Below are positions 27,171 to 37,208 of a stretch of DNA of 64,000 nt, piece by piece. The notes below the pieces were generated by a model, which was not told where the DNA came from, made no database searches, and saw nothing but the letters and a program-made list of their open reading frames with translations. How positions within the stretch are numbered: position 1 is the first letter of the stretch; the number at the start of each line of letters is the position of its first letter. The stretch comes from an uncultured Candidatus Saccharibacteria bacterium. Lineage in GTDB: Bacteria; Patescibacteriota; Saccharimonadia; Saccharimonadales; Saccharimonadaceae. The DNA lies in assembly GCA_947367795.1 (NCBI GenBank), contig CANBER010000001.1, forward strand, positions 1,498 through 65,497, read 5' to 3'. Both the position numbers and the translations under genes were made by a program.

Positions 27171-28382
27171 TTAGGACCTCTTGGTGCGATTAGTAGATTT
27201 GGAGCTGATCTTGCGTGAACTGTTTTGAGCAGAATTGGCTTGTGGTTTGACGTGGACTACAATCAAGCCTAGACCAAGGAGCATAGCGATGAAGCCAGTA
27301 GCGACACCGATGTACGGGATTAGCGACAAAAGTCCAAGAATAACGACCCCAACGAGAGCTTCAAGATAGATGTTGGTGTGGAGCTTGCAAAGTTTTTCTA
27401 GAATCATATGACCTAGCCAAATACCGGCGAAACCCTGAGAAAGATAGACCATGATCGCATAGAAGAGCAGGGCGATGATGCCGAGAGGCGCAGCAACTAG
27501 AGTAAAGAGAGCAACAAGAGCGATGACTGGAATTGCAATGAGGACACCGAGACCAATGGCAAGATTGGTACCAAAGCGACTAGTAGTGGATTGTTCTGCG
27601 ATTTTGGTATGTAAGGATTTATAAAATACGCAAATGAGAGCCATGATTAGGAAGAGTGCCACCATGCTCATCATTTTGCTATATATTCGGATTAGAAGTA
27701 GCGAGGATGGGCTAGCTTCTTCTACGTGATAAGTTTCACGTTCAGCGGCTTCAACTTTATTGAGACCGGCTATATCAGCGTCATCATTATAGGTAAGTCG
27801 CCCCGCGATCTTGACATCTCCGGCGAACTCGACATGCCCGACGGAAAGGTCCACATTACCATCAATTGTGACATCCTTGAAAACTACACGGTCGGCCGTG
27901 ACGGCAAGACTGCCTTTGAGATCCGTGCGTACATACACTGTGGCAGCCGCGATAAAACTATCGCGGCCAATTTTAGCAGACGGCTCAAGTGTCACGACAT
28001 TACCAGCCACGTAGAGATCTTTTTCGGTAGTACCAGAAAAGTCAATCATATTACCAAAAATGAACCCATATTCGGAATTAGTCTGTAAGTTCAGAGAGTT
28101 GCCAGCTAGCAACATCAGCCCGGAAGGAACTGCGGCATTACTGGAGAAATTGTTGCCCGCGAGAAGTAAATTCTTACCGACGCGAAGACGTAAGGATTGC
28201 TCGTCATCGTCAGTCGTAGCATCAAAGGTCGGTGTGATTTTTTGTGGCTCGCTGGTAGGCTTGGCCTCTTCTACGGTCGTATCGTGCAGCTCAGTGCCAA
28301 CTTCGATCGCCATTACTGGCGTCGCCGTCAGGCAGAGCACGGTGAACAAACCGCCGGCGATTATTTTTAATATTTGCTTCAT
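27171..28382 (-). CDS. membrane protein with bactofilin-like beta-repeat domain
   Basis: repeated AGN/IxGD beta motifs followed by several TM helices. Confidence 0.7.
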   Translation of the reverse strand: MKQILKIIAGGLFTVLCLTATPVMAIEVGTELHDTTVEEAKPTSEPQKITPTFDATTDDDEQSLRLRVGKNLLLAGNNFSSNAAVPSGLMLLAGNSLNLQTNSEYGFIFGNMIDFSGTTEKDLYVAGNVVTLEPSAKIGRDSFIAAATVYVRTDLKGSLAVTADRVVFKDVTIDGNVDLSVGHVEFAGDVKIAGRLTYNDDADIAGLNKVEAAERETYHVEEASPSSLLLIRIYSKMMSMVALFLIMALICVFYKSLHTKIAEQSTTSRFGTNLAIGLGVLIAIPVIALVALFTLVAAPLGIIALLFYAIMVYLSQGFAGIWLGHMILEKLCKLHTNIYLEALVGVVILGLLSLIPYIGVATGFIAMLLGLGLIVVHVKPQANSAQNSSRKISSKSTNRTKRS

Positions 28383-28391
28383 ATTATCTCC

Positions 28392-29573
28392 TTATTTAAT
28401 ATTTTTATCATAGTCAACGTCCGAGATTTCGTACTTGCGTCTTTGGTTGATCTTGGAGAGGATCTTAGTTGCGGCCCAGCCAACAAAAGCGAGAACGAAA
28501 AAGTACACAAAACCAAAACTGGTAAATTCGGGGGCACTCTCGGTAAAGAGGCTCAAGATGCCGGCGCCGGCAGACATGGAAGTCACGATGGTCAAGCTAT
28601 TGATGGAGCTTGAAGTGATATCTTGCTTAATACTATCAAACAGCTTCTGTGCGCCCTGAACGTAGTTTTTGGTCATGTCCCATAGGTCACGAATATAATC
28701 CAAAGTATTACGTAGGGTCTCATAGCGAAAACCAGAAATTGCAAGGAACTCTTCGAGATCTTTGTCTTGTTTGGCAATGCGCTCACGCGTAGAAATATAA
28801 GTCGACATCTGACGGATACGTCCATCAATTAAGGTTACGGTCTTGGCGTAGGCCTCGAGTTTAGTCGAGAATTTGATTACATCGCTGCCGCGGACTTTGG
28901 CACGATCTTTGACAGCGTCGATCTTCTCCCAAATAATCCGGTGCAAATTAAGATAACGGTGGAGCTGACCTTTAAATTCACGGATAAAAACTTGTTCTTC
29001 GACGTAGCGCTCGATGTTGGTGTGGCTAGTTTTCTTATTGTTGATGAAGTAATATTTGTCGCCGCGAAGCACACTGTAGTTTTTATTATCGAATTCGAAA
29101 TATTTTTGGCGTTCAGTCTTGGCAAGAAGTTCGGCAATGTCTTCACGTGTAGCGTTATCGCAAACAATAAAATACGGGAAGATATTCTCGATATGGGCAA
29201 GCTCTTTGGGGACAGGAGCGCCGAGGCTAAAGAGATAATTAATCGCGGGAGAAAGTTTTTGTTCATAATAATCCTTGAGACGCTCGACATCAGCAAAAAG
29301 TGTTTCTTCACTCACATTATCGCTGCCTACCACAATGAGGCCGTCTTCAAAAATTTTGACCTTGAGACGCTCGCTTGTAATGACCTGGATGAATTCCTCA
29401 CCGGATACGCCATATTCCACACTGCCGATTTCTAGGTCTTTGCGCAGCTCGGTTAGTTTCTTTTTGCTCAATTTAATCTGAGACTCGCCATTACGCAAGA
29501 AATCGTAAACTTCGGAAAGTTGTAGCATAGTACGCTGAAACCAGCCTCCGATGTAAATGTTGCTAATTTTCAT
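28392..29573 (-). CDS. conserved hypothetical protein with two C-terminal TM helices (CorA-like topology)
   Basis: 393-aa ORF; hydrophobic C-terminus. Confidence 0.75.
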   Translation of the reverse strand: MKISNIYIGGWFQRTMLQLSEVYDFLRNGESQIKLSKKKLTELRKDLEIGSVEYGVSGEEFIQVITSERLKVKIFEDGLIVVGSDNVSEETLFADVERLKDYYEQKLSPAINYLFSLGAPVPKELAHIENIFPYFIVCDNATREDIAELLAKTERQKYFEFDNKNYSVLRGDKYYFINNKKTSHTNIERYVEEQVFIREFKGQLHRYLNLHRIIWEKIDAVKDRAKVRGSDVIKFSTKLEAYAKTVTLIDGRIRQMSTYISTRERIAKQDKDLEEFLAISGFRYETLRNTLDYIRDLWDMTKNYVQGAQKLFDSIKQDITSSSINSLTIVTSMSAGAGILSLFTESAPEFTSFGFVYFFVLAFVGWAATKILSKINQRRKYEISDVDYDKNIK

Positions 29574-29593
29574 GCCTTCCCTTTTCTCCTTTT

Positions 29594-30031
29594 TTATACA
29601 TCTTTAGCAAAGAATTTGGCATCGACAACCTCAAAGCCATAGCGTTGGTACATCGCATGAGCGGGTGCCCGGAAGTTTTTGGACCACAATTCGACAGTTT
29701 TGACATTACATTTGCGACAAATCCGAAATACTTCGTCTAGGAGCTGGGTACCGAGGTGATGTCGACGCATATCGGGACGAACACAGACGTGATTCAAAAT
29801 CGCAAAAGTATTCATGTCTTCATAGATCGTAGGGACGATGGTGATCTTGGTATGGGCGACTAACTGGTCATTGAGATACCCGTTGACGTAAATTTGATTG
29901 GGATCATGTTCGGTGCGACGCCAGATCTTACGAGCATAAGACAATGGAGTTTGTTCATCGAAACACTCATTGGTCAGTTTAATAATATCCTCTAGATCCG
30001 CTGCTGTAGCAATGCGAAATTTTACCTCCAT
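29594..30031 (-). CDS. GNAT family N-acetyltransferase
   Basis: VCVRPDMRRHHLGTQLL motif A. Confidence 0.9.
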   Translation of the reverse strand: MEVKFRIATAADLEDIIKLTNECFDEQTPLSYARKIWRRTEHDPNQIYVNGYLNDQLVAHTKITIVPTIYEDMNTFAILNHVCVRPDMRRHHLGTQLLDEVFRICRKCNVKTVELWSKNFRAPAHAMYQRYGFEVVDAKFFAKDV

Positions 30032-30067
30032 TAGTACCTTTCTTTTTATTGAATTAGTTTAATTATA

Positions 30068-30292
30068 CTATACATTAGGAATTTCTACTAACTTTTTACG
30101 GCTATGAGAGCCGGCTTTAATCATAATGGCAGTTTTGGGCAGATGAAAATGTTTGGCGAGTAGCTTAACGAGAGCAGCGTTGGCCTCGCCGTCGATAGGT
30201 TTTTCACGCAAATAGACTACAAACTCATTGCCATCCATTATGACGAGAGGGCCTTTTTTGGAGCCGGGCTTCACCGTAATTTGGTAAATCAT
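30068..30292 (-). CDS. DUF167 (YggU-like) protein
   Basis: ITVKPGS; PIDGEANAALVKLLA; SRKKLVEI. Confidence 0.88.
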   Translation of the reverse strand: MIYQITVKPGSKKGPLVIMDGNEFVVYLREKPIDGEANAALVKLLAKHFHLPKTAIMIKAGSHSRKKLVEIPNV

Positions 30293-30300
30293 ATTATATA

Positions 30301-31005
30301 TTATATATCACGCAGGATGCGATCGATGATTTTGGGCTTGAGCTCGTAATATTCTGACTGGCTAAATTGGATGTTTGCAATGCAGTATTCCTGATTCGCG
30401 ATATGGCTGCACCAAATACATTCATGTAAATTGCCACAATCTTGGATAAAAAGTGAGTTACTGATTTTGCTGGAACAAATTACTTGGTAGGAATTGGTGC
30501 AGGAATTTGAGTCATCGACGTTAATACAGTAATTTAGGGTATCGCTGCGTTTACTTGCGAGCGCATAACGGCTACGGAAGGTGCCGCTGCAATAAATTAA
30601 GTAATGCGAATCTCCACAGTTCGTAGACGAATAGATATTGGTGCAATTATAGATTGGATCACTAGCGTGGACGTTCTCGCTATTAAAGACACGTTCCGTG
30701 GTAATAGAATTGATGTCGTGCCAGATTTTTTCAAGTTGATCGATGTCGCTAGTGGGTGACTTATCAGTCAATATCCAGCCATTGGTATCGCTGCGTTTTT
30801 CAGAATTTGCACAAGTGATATATTGCGCTGCACCAGGTAAAATTGAGTAAGTTGGTTCACCGGTAGTGCTGTCAGTCACAAGTTCTGGAAGTTGTAGGCT
30901 TGAAGCAAACTTAGTGCGCAATTCGGATAGAGTGTAGGGGTTGTCTTGCATAAAAATAGCTTGGAAGATTTCTTGAACTACAGCTAAAGTTTGGTCTTGG
31001 AGCAT
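30301..31005 (-). CDS. hypothetical protein with Cys/Ser-rich beta repeats
   Basis: repeated C-x-N/S units (NCTNIYSSTNC, NLHECIWCSHI). Confidence 0.7.
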   Translation of the reverse strand: MLQDQTLAVVQEIFQAIFMQDNPYTLSELRTKFASSLQLPELVTDSTTGEPTYSILPGAAQYITCANSEKRSDTNGWILTDKSPTSDIDQLEKIWHDINSITTERVFNSENVHASDPIYNCTNIYSSTNCGDSHYLIYCSGTFRSRYALASKRSDTLNYCINVDDSNSCTNSYQVICSSKISNSLFIQDCGNLHECIWCSHIANQEYCIANIQFSQSEYYELKPKIIDRILRDI

Positions 31006-31018
31006 GAGATCCTTTCAA

Positions 31019-32728
31019 TTATGATTTTTCAAAGTCGGGAGTACGAGCATGCACGGTGGGCAGAAGCTCTCCGTCACGGCTTAGCCTAACTAGGCATTCA
31101 CGGGCGCGTAGTCCTGTAAGGAATTCTTCGCGGTGCTCGATGGTATCTTTGTGAGCGAGTTTGATTTTCAGATTACGAGCAAGCAGAGTGGCATCAGATT
31201 TGGAAACACGAAATAAGTAATAGTTCGAAGTATTAGCAAAAATCGAATTGAGCAAATTTGGACTCAGTTGCGCTAGGTATTGTCCTGCCAAAATTACCGA
31301 AACATGATATTTGCGGAGTTCGGAGAGAAATCGGGCCAAAATTGGACTTTCGATGGCAGCAACCTCGTCAATGATGACGATGAGATGTTCGGGGACTATA
31401 TTGCTCTCCGCTAAGAGAAAAATTTGTTGCATAAGCAAACCGGCAATAGTGCGCGTGATCTTTTCGCCTAGATTAGTACGACTAAGTGAAAAAATCGTGA
31501 GAAAATTTTCGCGAATACTGTCTGCAAAATTCATAGCAATGTCTGCTTCATTAAAAACCGGCGTCATTTGCATTTCGTCAATAAAAGCAATGATGGGGGC
31601 GATGGCTAAGTCGTAAGCCTGAGTACGTAGCTCGGAAAAATCCGCGAGGAAGAAATGCGCGGTAGATGAAGGAATCTCATCGCGATGATCATTCAGTAGC
31701 TGATTGCGGAAACTGACTTCGAGAAGCAGACGACGCAGCGTAACAAAGGAAAAGTCCGAAATCACGGTCAGGAGAGAGATACTATGACGCAAGACACGTT
31801 CAAGACGACTATTATAATTATCTCCCAGGAGTGACTGAAATAACCCCAGCATTAACTCAACGTAGGCGCCCAAATGCTCAACCTCAGCCGCAAAGAGATT
31901 GAGACTCGAAGCAGGTGTTTGAAAATCAAAAATTGTTTGATCGGAAATGGCCGAAAGATCTTCGCGCAGAGCATCGTGTGGGTCAATAATCAAAATTTTA
32001 TAATTCCCCGCCTGCTGAAGTGTAGCGATGCGTTGTACAAGTAGGGCAATAAACTTAGATTTGCCTACTCCGCTCCCGCCCAAAATCAAACTGTGTCGAT
32101 CAAAATCAAAATCCGTGAGCCTAAAGGCGAGTCTTTGACTAGTATAAGGAAAGGTGTATAGCAACAGGAGAGCATCGGGTGACGGTGTACTGGCGTAGCG
32201 CAGAGCTTTTTCAGATTTGAGATAGGTGGGGAACTTTTTATAACAAAGCGCCGGATGCTTCGTAAAATCAATCGCTATGAGCTCGTATAGTGTATAGCAA
32301 ATTATTCTTTGAGAATTTAACTTAGATCCAATAAAATAATACAACGTCGCACAGGTGATCAGGCGCCCTGCGACTAGTCTACAATGCAATTGTAAATGGG
32401 AAAACTTTTGACCAGAAGAGTGTAGGCGTTCAATCAGGGTACCTAAACTGTAAAACGATAAATTCAAATCAATGCCCGGAGTTCTAGGAGATACACTGCA
32501 AGTTTCAAAGGATGATGGATATAAAAGAAAATCCCCATCGCCGAGACTGGTCGGTAGAGCGTGGGAAGCCATAAGATAATAATGCAACGTCCGACCTTGC
32601 AGGGTAATGATAACTTTCCAGGCTGCAAAATGGCCAAGATAATGCCGTAGAGAATTAAGCAAGGTTCGCCAACTGTCTGGAGACAAATTAGCAGCACGCA
32701 GATAGATTTCATAGCAAAAATTGGGCAT
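31019..32728 (-). CDS. HerA/VirB4/TraD-like P-loop ATPase (DUF87-like)
   Basis: Walker A GGSGVGKS; IIDPH; Walker B IVIIDEV; SELRKYHVSVILAGQYLAQL. Confidence 0.87.
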   Translation of the reverse strand: MPNFCYEIYLRAANLSPDSWRTLLNSLRHYLGHFAAWKVIITLQGRTLHYYLMASHALPTSLGDGDFLLYPSSFETCSVSPRTPGIDLNLSFYSLGTLIERLHSSGQKFSHLQLHCRLVAGRLITCATLYYFIGSKLNSQRIICYTLYELIAIDFTKHPALCYKKFPTYLKSEKALRYASTPSPDALLLLYTFPYTSQRLAFRLTDFDFDRHSLILGGSGVGKSKFIALLVQRIATLQQAGNYKILIIDPHDALREDLSAISDQTIFDFQTPASSLNLFAAEVEHLGAYVELMLGLFQSLLGDNYNSRLERVLRHSISLLTVISDFSFVTLRRLLLEVSFRNQLLNDHRDEIPSSTAHFFLADFSELRTQAYDLAIAPIIAFIDEMQMTPVFNEADIAMNFADSIRENFLTIFSLSRTNLGEKITRTIAGLLMQQIFLLAESNIVPEHLIVIIDEVAAIESPILARFLSELRKYHVSVILAGQYLAQLSPNLLNSIFANTSNYYLFRVSKSDATLLARNLKIKLAHKDTIEHREEFLTGLRARECLVRLSRDGELLPTVHARTPDFEKS

Positions 32729-32784
32729 GTTTCTAATATAACAAAGTCAAAAATCTAAAATTGACTTTGAATGAACAAAAAATG

Positions 32785-33591
32785 TCAGATGATTGGGATG
32801 AGGAAGTCAGTGACCGCATCATGATAGTGCTCTAGTTCGGGCTGATTTTTTAGTCGGTAAGGACAGGTAGGCAAAAATTCACAATAAAACTGGTCCGAGC
32901 TGCGCTGGATGTCGATAGCTTCTTGGGAAGGGATTACGAATTTGATCCAGCGTGAGTTCGGAACACGATAAATGCGAGTTTCTGGAGCCTGAGGAGGATT
33001 CGTCCAGAGGACACAATACTCGTAACGCTCATGAGAATCACGACCATGATGATAAGTAATCATACCATAATCCGGATGACCTAAAGTAGGATACTTACGC
33101 TCGAGTTCAAGATAGGTACGAGGCGCGTCCACCTTGATGTGGTCAAAATTAGTCTCTACACCAAATCCATATAGTTCAAAATCTGGCAACTCCACAATTT
33201 CATAAGAATGGTTGCAGGGCGAGATGGGCTCTGGCAAACTTAGACGAGGGTAGCACTGAAGAATATGGGGAGAAAGTCTAGCTTGGCTTGGGTTGATGCC
33301 ATGAAATTTACGAAAGGCGCGCGAAAAGCTCTCAGTGCTACAATACCCATACTGCGCGGCAAGATCTGCGATGCGGTAATCAGTTTGAATTAAATCTCGC
33401 CCTGCTAAGGTCAGGCGTCGCTTGCGAATATAGTCCCCTAAAGTAATGCCAGCAAAAAGTGGAAAGACACGTTGTAGGGTTGATAAGTTGACGCCAGCAA
33501 GTCTTGCAAGTTGATCAAAATTTAATTTTGTATCAAGGTGGTTTTCGATATAATCTAGCAAAACAGCCAGTCTTGAGTAAAAAGTCGCCAT
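32785..33591 (-). CDS. AraC-family regulator with GyrI-like effector domain
   Basis: YIRKRRLTLA; AAQYGYCSTESFSRAFRKFHGINPS; start ATG 33591. Confidence 0.92.
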   Translation of the reverse strand: MATFYSRLAVLLDYIENHLDTKLNFDQLARLAGVNLSTLQRVFPLFAGITLGDYIRKRRLTLAGRDLIQTDYRIADLAAQYGYCSTESFSRAFRKFHGINPSQARLSPHILQCYPRLSLPEPISPCNHSYEIVELPDFELYGFGVETNFDHIKVDAPRTYLELERKYPTLGHPDYGMITYHHGRDSHERYEYCVLWTNPPQAPETRIYRVPNSRWIKFVIPSQEAIDIQRSSDQFYCEFLPTCPYRLKNQPELEHYHDAVTDFLIPII

Positions 33592-33612
33592 ATGTGGTAT
33601 AATTATGGTAAC

Positions 33613-33936
33613 ATGAAAGGTCATCATTGTCACTGTGGTCTTAAAAGCCAGCTAGCAAAACTCCGGACTAGGAAGCTTGGGCTTTTGGGTATGGTTTTGT
33701 TTGGCTTACATCTATTGTTTCACGTGGTGGAATGCCTGATCTTGCCAGCAATCATTGTGGGGTTTAGCGGTCATACACATAATCATGACACGATTGCGGT
33801 AGAGGAAACTGCTGAAGTTATTCAGGTGGAGCAGCTGAGTAACTTTATTTTAGCAGGGCCTGATGACCTTACTTTAGCTGATGTGGGTATGGTAATTTTG
33901 TCGCAAATGAATCAATTACAGCTTCATACCGAGTAG
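33613..33936 (+). CDS. small His/Cys-rich membrane protein
   Basis: MKGHHCHC; TM segment with HLLFHVVEC; HTHNH. Confidence 0.65.
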   Translation: MKGHHCHCGLKSQLAKLRTRKLGLLGMVLFGLHLLFHVVECLILPAIIVGFSGHTHNHDTIAVEETAEVIQVEQLSNFILAGPDDLTLADVGMVILSQMNQLQLHTE

Positions 33937-34599
33937 AGTTTGCTTGTCTGCAGGGCTAACGCGTCGAGACTCGCGCGCTTTTTGGATGGCTTTATTATGG
34001 GTAAAGACTGATAGTTGATCGTGTGAAAGATAATCTAGTGTGGCGTCACGATGTTTCGCAAAAGCTTCGGCAACTAACCATGCTGTCGCCATATTAACGT
34101 AGTATTGTTCACTTTTTAATTGATCGATGATAGCAAAAATGCGGTCGAGATATTCTGGGAGGAGAAAGTGATCGAGCATCATAACAAGCATAAAACGTAG
34201 CTCATATTCCTCAGAGCTGGTGCGATAGGTAGTGATAAAATCCCAAACTTGCGACAAGTCCGAGGTTTTAAACTTAAAGCTAGAGCAGAAGACATCACAG
34301 GTCGCCCAATCATGAATCAGTGGGACAAACCAGGCTACATAGTCAAGGCGTTCGCTAAGCCCCATGGGAGCAGAAGCGACAACAATACCCGTGATCATGG
34401 CCTCTTCATAAAATTCCGGGATTAATCCATCGAGAAAGCTCCAGAAATCAGCTTTCGTGATCTCTCGAGCCAGCTTACGCTGCTCGGGAATACGGACACC
34501 AATGACATTTTTGGCTTGGGGGCAGGTCCGAAGGTGAAACTCGCGGTAAGCTGGGTCTTCGAGTTCGTATAGTCTTTGCCGCAGTTCGTCGCTGGTCAT
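33916..34599 (-). CDS. DNA alkylation repair protein (AlkD-like)
   Basis: IGVRIPEQRKLA; IHDWATCD; YYVNMATAW; THNKAIQKARES. Confidence 0.88.
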   Translation of the reverse strand: MTSDELRQRLYELEDPAYREFHLRTCPQAKNVIGVRIPEQRKLAREITKADFWSFLDGLIPEFYEEAMITGIVVASAPMGLSERLDYVAWFVPLIHDWATCDVFCSSFKFKTSDLSQVWDFITTYRTSSEEYELRFMLVMMLDHFLLPEYLDRIFAIIDQLKSEQYYVNMATAWLVAEAFAKHRDATLDYLSHDQLSVFTHNKAIQKARESRRVSPADKQTLLGMKL

Positions 34600-34601
34600 G
34601 G

Positions 34602-35639
34602 CTATTTTTGATTCCGGGCACGGAAGGCCTCGAGATCAAAGCCTTTAGTGTCAACGTGCTCGTGAGCAATTTCGAGTTTGACTTGGGGGTTAATTTCGGA
34701 AATTTGTTTGCGGGGATAGCCTTCGACGCGAATATCGTCAACTGTAAAATCATAAAAATCATGCTTGTCAGGATTAAGCCAAATTGTAGGATAGCATTCT
34801 ACTGGATTGCGACGCAGTAGTTCTTTAGCTTGCTCAATGTGTCGATCATAAATTTGGATGTTTTGATAAAACCACGTAAATCGCCCTGGAGTATAGCCGC
34901 TGTGTCGCGCTACAAGATGTAGAAAAACGAGATATTGCATTTGATTAATACAACCGGCCGCCATAAAGTCGCTGGAGCGCTGATAAAGGCACATATCAAG
35001 ATAGTTGACTCCATCTTTGCCGCGTCGGACATTCCAGGCCGTCTGATAAGCGCAAGGCTTGTGGCCATGTTTATCCTTGAAATCGTCAACTTGCCAGAGA
35101 TTGATAATGTGACGACGTCCGTCGGGGTCATTCTTGATGCCGTCAAGCAAATTTTTGACCAGATCGTGACGACGCACAGTTTCGCCATAAACAGCACCAA
35201 TAGTCCGATCTCCGATGTCCCATTCATCCCACCAGGTAATGTTATATTTGTCGCGAAGGAGATTAAGATCATTGCTCTGATCCTGGTAAATCCAGAGAAG
35301 TTCGCCGATGGCACTTTTGATAGCTATGGGGCGTAATGTCATCAGGGGGATCTCACCTTTCGTGAGATCATAAGTCATCATACCGTGATTAATACTGAGC
35401 GTATGCGAAGGTGCACCATCATCGTAAGTCGAGCTCGGACATTCATTAATGCAGCCCTCATCAATAATACGTTGTAAGAGCTCTTTAGCATAGATGTCAC
35501 CTTTGGTTCCCGGGAACTTGGGCGCATCAACTGCATGATCTCCCGCCTCAGCACGATTAGACTCATGAGTACGTACGGAGGACCAAATTGGGAGTACTCC
35601 AAACAAGTAGTTATCTTTTTTTTCGATAGTTTTTTTCAT
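34602..35639 (-). CDS. thyA: thymidylate synthase
   Basis: PCAY catalytic Cys; YQRSSD; QIYDRH. Confidence 0.93.
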   Translation of the reverse strand: MKKTIEKKDNYLFGVLPIWSSVRTHESNRAEAGDHAVDAPKFPGTKGDIYAKELLQRIIDEGCINECPSSTYDDGAPSHTLSINHGMMTYDLTKGEIPLMTLRPIAIKSAIGELLWIYQDQSNDLNLLRDKYNITWWDEWDIGDRTIGAVYGETVRRHDLVKNLLDGIKNDPDGRRHIINLWQVDDFKDKHGHKPCAYQTAWNVRRGKDGVNYLDMCLYQRSSDFMAAGCINQMQYLVFLHLVARHSGYTPGRFTWFYQNIQIYDRHIEQAKELLRRNPVECYPTIWLNPDKHDFYDFTVDDIRVEGYPRKQISEINPQVKLEIAHEHVDTKGFDLEAFRARNQK

Positions 35640-35660
35640 GTTACCTCCGCATAAGTTTAG

Positions 35661-36059
35661 TTACATTCCAGAAAAGACCCAATAAATAAATGCGCCGACA
35701 ACGGCTGCTGCCATGACTGAGCCAAGCCACAAGAAAACACCCAGAAATCCTGAAAACCAGCGGCGAATCTTATGCTTGTCGTAGACCTTAATAGCGGCAG
35801 TAAGCTCATCGTGCACTATCGCATCCTCACGTAAGCTGCGGCGGACGACGTCGGTCACGGCATCAATTGCTAAAACCTGGGTAGAAAGACAGCCAGCGAA
35901 CGTTCGCGCAAAGCGCTCGTTGCTCTTGGTGCGCTTCTCTATACGACTAAGTCGCTGCTCGAGATCAGTGATGCGATTGTCTTTTTTAATTAAGGCCTGG
36001 CTTAGCTCAGACAAATCATACTCTGAGGTATCGTCAGGTTTGGTAAGTTTTTTACTCAT
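35661..36059 (-). CDS. hypothetical protein with C-terminal TM helix
   Basis: 132-aa ORF with GGAGG RBS, co-oriented with thyA. Confidence 0.7.
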   Translation of the reverse strand: MSKKLTKPDDTSEYDLSELSQALIKKDNRITDLEQRLSRIEKRTKSNERFARTFAGCLSTQVLAIDAVTDVVRRSLREDAIVHDELTAAIKVYDKHKIRRWFSGFLGVFLWLGSVMAAAVVGAFIYWVFSGM

Positions 36060-36180
36060 GCGGGGCCTCCACTCTCCGTTATATTAGTGTCTTGCCCAAG
36101 GACTGCTTCCCTTTTATCTCAACTCGCAGTTGATTGTTGTTTTCATTATAACATAGATGTTTTCGGTAAAGATAAAATTG

Positions 36181-36197
36181 GTTGTAAATTTTACAAC
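36181..36197. repeat. palindrome 20 bp upstream of cassette D
   Basis: GTTGTAAA-T-TTTACAAC. Confidence 0.7.
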
Positions 36198-36217
36198 AAT
36201 TAAAATTTTGGAGGACC

Positions 36218-36420
36218 CTATCCTTCGTCCGTAGTGGAGATGTTACCATCCCAAGCGGATCACTTAGAGATACCGGAAATTATAACTGCACCTGGTCATC
36301 TTTCGCCCACGAGTTAAGTTCTTCAATTTTCGCAAAAGCATATGATTTGACTTTTACCGATCTAGGAATTCGGCCCATGAACAGCAGCGATGATCGTTGG
36401 TATGGCTTCCCCATCCGCTG
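36218..36420 (+). other. gene-less 203-bp CLec/FISUMP-like variable cassette (copy D)
   Basis: same ends; reads LSFVRSG...TWSS...AYDLTF...RWYGFPIRC; in-frame stop at 36185 and no start codon after it. Confidence 0.85.
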
Positions 36421-36471
36421 CTACCTTTCTGCCAAAATACTTAGAATAAAAAACTAACTTTATAAAACAGT

Positions 36472-36496
36472 TTACGTTTTTTGAAAACGTAAGGTA
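36472..36496. repeat. palindrome P3, homologous to P1/P2
   Basis: TTACGTTTT-TTG-AAAACGTAA then GGTA. Confidence 0.88.
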
Positions 36497-36510
36497 AATT
36501 TTCAGGAAAT

Positions 36511-36536
36511 CGTTGGTTTATTTTCCCCATCCGCTG
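36511..36536 (+). repeat. isolated cassette 3' end
   Basis: CGTTGGTTTATTTTCCCCATCCGCTG vs CGTTGGTATGGTTTCCCCATCCGCTG (23/26). Confidence 0.85.
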
Positions 36537-36652
36537 CCTGATCAGAAGATCTACCGATCAATAGGCCTATCCCTAAATCCAAATTCTAACCAATGCCTAA
36601 GAATGCTATAATTAAGTGAACACCATTTACAATTATTTAAAGGAACACTTTT

Positions 36653-37189
36653 ATGCCACGCGCAAGAAGCAAAGAAGACCTAATTAAGGCCGCCAACGAA
36701 CAATACATCAAACTAACAAAACTAATTGATTCACTATCAGAAAAGGAATTGAATACCGATTTTGACTTTTCAGACGATCCGAAGAAGACAGAGCGTCACT
36801 GGGGCCGCGATAAAAACCTACGTGATATTTATATTCATCTCTACGAGTGGCACCAACTCTTGTTGAATTGGATCAAGGCTAACGCAAACGGAGAAGAAAA
36901 ACCTTTTATTCCTGAGCCATATTCTTGGAAAACTTATGGCGATATGAATGTTGAGTTTTGGCAGAAACACCAAAAGACCAGTCTAGAAGATGCTAAGGAA
37001 ATGTTTGAGAAATCTCATCAAGAAGTTTTGAAGCTTGCTGAGAAATATACGAACGAGCAGCTTTTTGGACGTGGAATTTATCCGTGGGTAAATACCGACC
37101 TGGGCTCATATTTCGTCAGTGTAATGCCTAGTCACTATGATTGGGCAATGAAAAAGTTAAAAGCCCATCAGAAAAATTGTGCAAGCTAA
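36653..37189 (+). CDS. ClbS/DfsB family four-helix bundle protein (DUF1706-like)
   Basis: MPRARSKEDL; RDKNLRDIYIHLYEWH; FIPEPYSWKTYG; SHYDWAMKKLK. Confidence 0.88.
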   Translation: MPRARSKEDLIKAANEQYIKLTKLIDSLSEKELNTDFDFSDDPKKTERHWGRDKNLRDIYIHLYEWHQLLLNWIKANANGEEKPFIPEPYSWKTYGDMNVEFWQKHQKTSLEDAKEMFEKSHQEVLKLAEKYTNEQLFGRGIYPWVNTDLGSYFVSVMPSHYDWAMKKLKAHQKNCAS

Positions 37190-37208
37190 TTAATAAAGAG
37201 GATAAAGT

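Noticed and set aside
31019-32728. ATPase as the core of a conjugative element
   Set aside because: No relaxase, T4SS genes, integrase or att sites nearby.
32742-32769. CAAAGTCAA-N10-TTGACTTTG as another signature promoter
   Set aside because: No -10 at 17 bp on either strand; more likely a terminator or operator palindrome.
36060-36150. Folate/ZTP riboswitch in the thyA operon leader
   Set aside because: No THF or ZTP consensus recognised by eye; an Rfam search would be needed.
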